DNA of 20,000 nucleotides from an uncultured virus (IMG/VR IMGVR_UViG_3300014208_001449) (lineage: Duplodnaviria; Heunggongvirae; Uroviricota; Caudoviricetes): IMG/VR virus record IMGVR_UViG_3300014208_001449, one strand, 5' to 3'. Below are positions 15,087 to 20,000 of the stretch, piece after piece. Made by a program: the position numbers and the translations under genes. Position 1 is the first letter of the stretch. Every line of letters begins with the position of its first letter. The notes beneath the pieces are model-generated. The model saw nothing but the letters and a program-made list of their open reading frames with translations. It ran no database searches and had not been told where the DNA came from.

Positions 15087-16400
15087 ATGGCTGCTCAGCA
15101 ATTCGAGGACAGAGCCTCAAACCCCTTCGGTTTGCCCCCGAAACAAGGGCAGGAGGATCCATGGTGGAAATTTGAACACCGATTCAATGCCAACAACTCA
15201 GGCTTCACAGACACGTTTCTCCCCCTCGCTTTCCAAAGAAGACACGAGAAAATACAAGGGCCCGTTCACGAAACAGGCATGTATTACCTGTCTGAGCCCA
15301 AAAAGATACTGTCTTTAATATCGGAACGTTTTGGGGAACCTGTTTACATTTTTTACAATTGGAAAAACCCGAAACAAGTCTCTACTGCCTGCTGGTCCTG
15401 GGACGGTGGCATTGTTCGTGCCAGTAGCATCTCTGAAAAAGAGATACACCAACTAGAGCTGTACACCACTAGCCAGGAGGATATGGACTGGTTCGTCACC
15501 ATGGCAAAGCCGTTCTGGAACAACGATGAAGACAAAAGCTCCCTCTACATGGTCCAACGAGCAACTCGGGAGAAGCCAGTCTCTTTCAACAACCTGGGGA
15601 CCGTCGAAGAGCCGCCCGAACGCGGGAACTACTCACCTGAAGTCCTGGCCCAGTACGACAGGGCCTTGGCAGACTTGCTCTCCTCTGATCCCAAGGGCCG
15701 CATCCTGCTTCTAGAAGGACCTCCCGGGTCTGGGAAGACTCGGCTCGCCAAGGGCTTGATTCACGACACTCACGGGAAAGCGGATTTCATCGTCATCAAC
15801 CCCAACAACTACGACGATTTACAGGATCCGGAACTGATCTCTGGAATCCAAACTACCTTCGTAGCGGACGTGAGTCAAGAGGATCGGAAACCCGTCGTGC
15901 TCATCCTGGAAGACGCGGACCAACTCCTTCAACCCCGAAAAACCGGTTCCTCGATTGGCGGGCTCTCTTCCGCTTTGAACATGGGAGACGGACTTCTGTC
16001 CAGCTTCATAGATATCCGTTTGATCGTCACAACCAACGCTCCCGTCGACTCCATAGACCCAGCTATCACCCGTACGGGACGCCTGTCCGAGAGAATCCAC
16101 GTCGGGGAATTGAGCCCACAACAGGCTCAGGAAATCTATGCTCGACTGCTCGGTCCCGATCAGGTTCTGAGCCCAGGTGACTGTAAGAACTGGATGCTCT
16201 CCGACGTGTACTCAAAGGCTAGGGAGAAGGGTTGGACAGAACAGAAACCCGAACCCCAACATGGAGGAGGGTCTGAGAAAACTGGCCAGAAGCCTAAGGG
16301 TTTTGCGGAACTCCATGCGGAGGCCCTTCAGATCGAAAACGAATTTAGGGACGCCGTAGCCAATTTATCGTTGCCCCCAACACTTAGGCACCAACCCTAG
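15087..16400 (+). CDS. AAA+ family ATPase (single AAA module, BCS1-like type) with unknown N-terminal domain
   Basis: Walker A GPPGSGKT, Walker B LILEDAD, sensor I TTN, second region of homology DPAITRTGRL. Confidence 0.9.
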   Translation: MAAQQFEDRASNPFGLPPKQGQEDPWWKFEHRFNANNSGFTDTFLPLAFQRRHEKIQGPVHETGMYYLSEPKKILSLISERFGEPVYIFYNWKNPKQVSTACWSWDGGIVRASSISEKEIHQLELYTTSQEDMDWFVTMAKPFWNNDEDKSSLYMVQRATREKPVSFNNLGTVEEPPERGNYSPEVLAQYDRALADLLSSDPKGRILLLEGPPGSGKTRLAKGLIHDTHGKADFIVINPNNYDDLQDPELISGIQTTFVADVSQEDRKPVVLILEDADQLLQPRKTGSSIGGLSSALNMGDGLLSSFIDIRLIVTTNAPVDSIDPAITRTGRLSERIHVGELSPQQAQEIYARLLGPDQVLSPGDCKNWMLSDVYSKAREKGWTEQKPEPQHGGGSEKTGQKPKGFAELHAEALQIENEFRDAVANLSLPPTLRHQP

Positions 16401-17368
16401 GCTCGCGTGTACTGCTCGTAGAACGTCTCGTGACACACGTAGAAAACCTGCTGGGCCTCCTCTTCTGAAAGTCCCTCGTACCGGTAATCCACACCACCCT
16501 CGACCGGTACACTCACCTTGCCAGGAACCCGCTTGAACGTGTAGACCAAAGCTGTAGCATCCACGTCAGCACACTTGTACAAACCACCAAGCTCATGCTT
16601 GAACGTTTCTCCGGGTTCGGGGATATACGAGAAGAGAGGGTGTGTATCCCGGAACTTCTGAATCGAGTTACGCAGCACAAGGCGATCCGCCAGGGACTCT
16701 GCCAACTGGAGGCACTCTTCCAAAGCCTTGGTCCCCGTGGAATTGGACTCCAACCAGTACTCCGTAACCTGCCCCTTGCCCCACTGGGAATTGACGTTCC
16801 ACCTAGGAAAGACCTTCCAAGCATTCCAAACAGCCGTCTCCCCAAAGCTGTGCCTGGGGTCACAGAAATAGGCCAGGGTCTCAAGAGGCTTCAAACTATC
16901 CGTAGTGAGGGAGAAACAGAATTTAGCCCTCTGCTCCTCGTTGTTCTCGGGTACGTCAATGCGGTGACGGATGCTGCGACTATCAACCCCATCCAGACAC
17001 CGCAAAATCCCACTCAGGGCCCCTGTGACACAGACGCTGGCCCAATCGAAATCTTTCACTATCTCAGTCTCATCCTGGACAATAGGGCCGTCCGGAGGGA
17101 TGTATTCGAACTCGCGCCCCAACAGGAACGCCCCCAGAGAGATATTGATCTTGCTCTCTCCTTCGGATTCGGATTCGGATTCGGGCTCCTGGCAAGAGAA
17201 TGAATACTCTTCAGAACTAACCGAATCGCACCGGTAGATGACCCACCCTTTGCCTTTCGCTCTACGGTACAAATCCCCCGTAAGAGGGCGATACCCCAGC
17301 AGAGGAAACTTCTGGTACAGGGCAGTCAATTGCTCGTGCAGACGGGCCAGAGTCAACGTGTCACTCAT
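16397..17368 (-). CDS. 323 aa protein: SH3/DUF1653-like repeats flanking a shared alpha/beta domain
   Basis: PLTGDLYRR...ISLGAF and PEPGETFKHELGGLYKC...HETFYEQY. Confidence 0.75.
   Translation of the reverse strand: MSDTLTLARLHEQLTALYQKFPLLGYRPLTGDLYRRAKGKGWVIYRCDSVSSEEYSFSCQEPESESESEGESKINISLGAFLLGREFEYIPPDGPIVQDETEIVKDFDWASVCVTGALSGILRCLDGVDSRSIRHRIDVPENNEEQRAKFCFSLTTDSLKPLETLAYFCDPRHSFGETAVWNAWKVFPRWNVNSQWGKGQVTEYWLESNSTGTKALEECLQLAESLADRLVLRNSIQKFRDTHPLFSYIPEPGETFKHELGGLYKCADVDATALVYTFKRVPGKVSVPVEGGVDYRYEGLSEEEAQQVFYVCHETFYEQYTRA
17162..17185. repeat. 6-bp in-frame tandem repeat (TTCGGA)x3 + TTCGGG encoding an (ES)n linker
   Basis: Direct reading of the sequence. Confidence 0.7.
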
Positions 17369-17972
17369 GACTAGTGCTCCCTCCAGTCGAAACCAACTCC
17401 CACTCCTTGTAGAACGTCTCGTGGGGGATTACGACCGTTTGCTCAAGCAAAGTCCCGCCGTCTGTCCGCTCGACGGCCTTCAGAATCGGCCGACCAATTC
17501 TGTCGGGCTGGATCTCTAGGCCAAGATACTCATAAACCGTTTCAGGGTGCGCTGTCTGCCGAACCCTATCCCCGGGCTGGACAGAATTGTAAGACCACAA
17601 GGGATACTTGGCCGCTGTCTCGTCACACCAGAGAGTGGCGTTCAGCATCCGTGTGAGGTACAGAATCTCAGTGAGAGCCACGTTTGCTTTGGCTCCCGTC
17701 TTTATAACAAAGACCGGAGTAGTCTCTTCCCGGATAGGTGTCGCTGGAATGCGAGGACGAACCTCCAAGGTCCCGCCTTCCTGGGTACAGAGATAGGCGA
17801 TATTGGAAAGGGCCTTCTCGTTCTTCGTGTAGAAGGCCAACTCCAAAGACTGCCCGAACTCGACCTCCTGGGACCACCACAGGAACTCAATGCTGGGGTC
17901 CAGCACCTTCAACACCGATTGGAGGTCTTCGAACCATTCCTTTTTCACAGGCTCTTGCGTGACATTGCTCAT
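17361..17972 (-). CDS. 203 aa paralog: shared domain plus one SH3/DUF1653-like repeat
   Basis: ATG 17972 (MSNVTQEP...) with GAGGG upstream; VQPGDRVRQ...VYEY...HETFYKEW. Confidence 0.75.
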   Translation of the reverse strand: MSNVTQEPVKKEWFEDLQSVLKVLDPSIEFLWWSQEVEFGQSLELAFYTKNEKALSNIAYLCTQEGGTLEVRPRIPATPIREETTPVFVIKTGAKANVALTEILYLTRMLNATLWCDETAAKYPLWSYNSVQPGDRVRQTAHPETVYEYLGLEIQPDRIGRPILKAVERTDGGTLLEQTVVIPHETFYKEWELVSTGGSTSHE

Positions 17973-17985
17973 TTTTTTTACACCC

Positions 17986-18276
17986 TCACCCTTCCAAGAT
18001 GTATTTCGACATTCCGTACTCCGAAGGATCCTGAGCCAGAACTTCTTTCCAATCCTTAGCCCCGCCTTTGCCATCTGACCAACGTTTACCATGAATGCGA
18101 AGAAAATCCCCCATCTGCTCATCCACCGACCTGGGTGTTTCGTGTGAGTATTTCTCCGTAGCATAGTCTTCAGGTTCTCGAATCCAAGCCATCCCCAGGA
18201 GTTCACCCTCCCGAGAAGCCCTGATCAACTCGAACATTTCTTCCGGAGTCTTACGCAGGATAACTACTTTGTACAC
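17986..18276 (-). CDS. hypothetical protein, 96 aa
   Basis: GGAGGTG RBS, GTG start overlapping the end of the upstream gene. Confidence 0.65.
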   Translation of the reverse strand: MYKVVILRKTPEEMFELIRASREGELLGMAWIREPEDYATEKYSHETPRSVDEQMGDFLRIHGKRWSDGKGGAKDWKEVLAQDPSEYGMSKYILEG

Positions 18277-20000
18277 GGTTCACCTCCAATTTCGACTAAC
18301 TCGAAGTCCTCCCTGAAATACCGCGGATTGACGTGCAGAATGGGGTGCCTGTCTGCTCCCTCCGCCGGATCAAGTATCACACGTGCGTTCTGCGCCGCAG
18401 GCGCAACCTCTCGGACCTTGTAGAGTCTGCCTGTTTCCTTCTCTCGCCACTGCGTCCCAGGCTCGATACGGGAGATCGTGCCGATATAGGCAAAGTGGTC
18501 CTTGAGCATTTTGCCATTGAAATTCCAAGGGCAGGCGACTCCATACAGCTTACGTAGTCCAACCCACCCATCATCCGCTACCACGAATATCTCCCAAAGC
18601 GAGTTCCGGCCAGCTTCTGTGTCCAAACTAAGCAGAGTCCCATCCTTCTGCTTCGTCTGCCAGACAGAATGTAGCTTGATCTGCCCGCCGACCATCAAAT
18701 CGGCCTTCTTCGACTTTGCCTCGAATTCATCAAGCATACGCAGATAGTTCAGACAGTCCTGGGACTTCTGTTCGAACTCCACCGCAGACTTGGCACCACC
18801 ATCCGTCAGGTCCAGAAAATCTGTGCTAAGCTTCGGCTTGTAGGCGTTGTAGAGGAGGACGAAATTGCTCTCAAGCTCACTGATCGGAATCCATGCCTTT
18901 CCAGAAGTATTACCGCCCAGAGGCGGGTCAATCTTAACAGTGTTGCGCATAGGAAACAAATCCACGATCTCGTGGTGCGTCCCCCTCCACCTATGTTGCC
19001 ATATCTGCCCGACCTCAGGCTTGTGTACCTGTACTTGTATCGGTACCGGAGCCTTTGTCTTATAAACAAACGCATCCTGAAGCCTCTGGACAGAGATACT
19101 CTCCTCTCCCAACCCCCGGAGCGGGGGATTGACATGCACCGTATGCACCCCAACTCTCGCCGTGTAGTCAATCCCCACGATCTCATAGCCCGTATGATCC
19201 GCGGTCGTCCGTCTCCGCCAAATCTGCCCCAATTCAGGCGCTACCTCAGATTTCCCCGCATAACAGAACCGATTCAGGAAGTCCCCGATAGTAACCCTAC
19301 TCCTACCGATTGCCATATCGGGCGGACTGATGTTCACGTAAGCCAGAGTCCCATGAGAGTCCCTCATGAGATAAAGAACCTCGTGAAGGGTCTTATCTTT
19401 GTCCCCTCTCTTCTGCCAATGCTGTCCAGGCTGGATATCGGGCCAGAGACCGGGTTCTTCGTCCTGGTCAGACAACCTCTTTTCTGCAATTCTGCCCGCC
19501 CCTGCCTGACAGGAATATCGGAAGTCCTTGAGCAACCTCTCCACGGTTACCTTCTTCATCCGATTAGCTGATAGCAGAGACAGAATCACCCTAGTCTCGC
19601 CCGCTAAATTTTTCTCGAAAGCCAAGGTCTTGTACGCTTCACCAGAACCCTCGGCAATCCACACTTGGTCAAACCAAACCCCCTTAACCCCAACCTCCGT
19701 CGAATAGTATCGCAGCGGATCCCGCAAACTTGCCAGAATGACGTCAGCCACCACAGAAAGCTGGTACCTAGCCGCATCCCCTTTGGAAGAGGCGCGTAGA
19801 ACATAGACAACGGAAATCCCCGCATCGTCCAAAGACTCAACCCGCAACGACCACCCCACCACGGAGGAAATGGCCCGCGTGAGCAGGCCGAGAAGCGAAG
19901 TTGCATCCACTCCCTTCTCTAGGGCGAAACCAAATCGCAAAGGAGCCTCGTCTAAATCAACGGTCGCCCACTTGGGAGCCACTCCCGGGACTCTCTTCAG
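18264..20000 (-). CDS. >578 aa protein with ~6 tandem SH3/DUF1653-like repeats (5' end outside the window)
   Basis: Frame stays open to 20000 (LKRVPGVAPKW...); repeated PG/LG/VG-Q-x-W...(Y/H)E(I/V)...F motif. Confidence 0.8.
   Translation of the reverse strand: MKRVPGVAPKWATVDLDEAPLRFGFALEKGVDATSLLGLLTRAISSVVGWSLRVESLDDAGISVVYVLRASSKGDAARYQLSVVADVILASLRDPLRYYSTEVGVKGVWFDQVWIAEGSGEAYKTLAFEKNLAGETRVILSLLSANRMKKVTVERLLKDFRYSCQAGAGRIAEKRLSDQDEEPGLWPDIQPGQHWQKRGDKDKTLHEVLYLMRDSHGTLAYVNISPPDMAIGRSRVTIGDFLNRFCYAGKSEVAPELGQIWRRRTTADHTGYEIVGIDYTARVGVHTVHVNPPLRGLGEESISVQRLQDAFVYKTKAPVPIQVQVHKPEVGQIWQHRWRGTHHEIVDLFPMRNTVKIDPPLGGNTSGKAWIPISELESNFVLLYNAYKPKLSTDFLDLTDGGAKSAVEFEQKSQDCLNYLRMLDEFEAKSKKADLMVGGQIKLHSVWQTKQKDGTLLSLDTEAGRNSLWEIFVVADDGWVGLRKLYGVACPWNFNGKMLKDHFAYIGTISRIEPGTQWREKETGRLYKVREVAPAAQNARVILDPAEGADRHPILHVNPRYFREDFELVEIGGEPCTK

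Noticed and set aside
17977..17984. GGTGTAAA as another GNGTAT promoter
   Set aside because: No GTTW element at the matching distance; coincides with the RBS region
457..19906. Numerous overlapping alternative-frame and antisense ORFs in the track
   Set aside because: Shadow ORFs of better-supported genes; no RBS and often R/P/S-rich composition
1..20000. Genome-wide TAG recoding
   Set aside because: Many genes end in TAG immediately followed by an RBS and the next start (e.g. 7239, 7499, 7741); coding density is already high under code 11
1..20000. CRISPR array, tRNA, rRNA, transposase or integrase
   Set aside because: No regularly spaced repeats, cloverleaf/T-loop signature or catalytic motifs seen by eye

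Overview
Gene-dense window of small, mostly orphan ORFs with coupled stop/start codons and no housekeeping genes. It most likely comes from the accessory/early region of a large (jumbo-type) phage or similar element (inference; no capsid, terminase or polymerase gene is present). Recognisable families are few: a DUF3307-like membrane protein, a Cys-His-Asp transglutaminase/papain-like protein, a 'plasmid-related' RH..GDWG protein and an AAA+ ATPase. The notable structure is: (i) a probable non-coding RNA gene at ~4734-4908 with a TTGACA-17-TAATCT promoter, many helices and a terminator-like hairpin; (ii) a four-gene cassette (2992-4689) whose otherwise unrelated proteins share a KxA...(R/K)(V/I)xx(R/L)(Y/F/H) peptide tag; (iii) three small domain families (A, B, C), expanded and shuffled across ~15 genes; (iv) a recurring SigB/SigF-type promoter motif, GTTW-N14-17-GNGTAT; (v) minus-strand paralogs built from tandem SH3/DUF1653-like repeats; (vi) a G-quadruplex motif over the ATPase ribosome-binding site. 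All family calls are from motif recognition by eye, not database searches.
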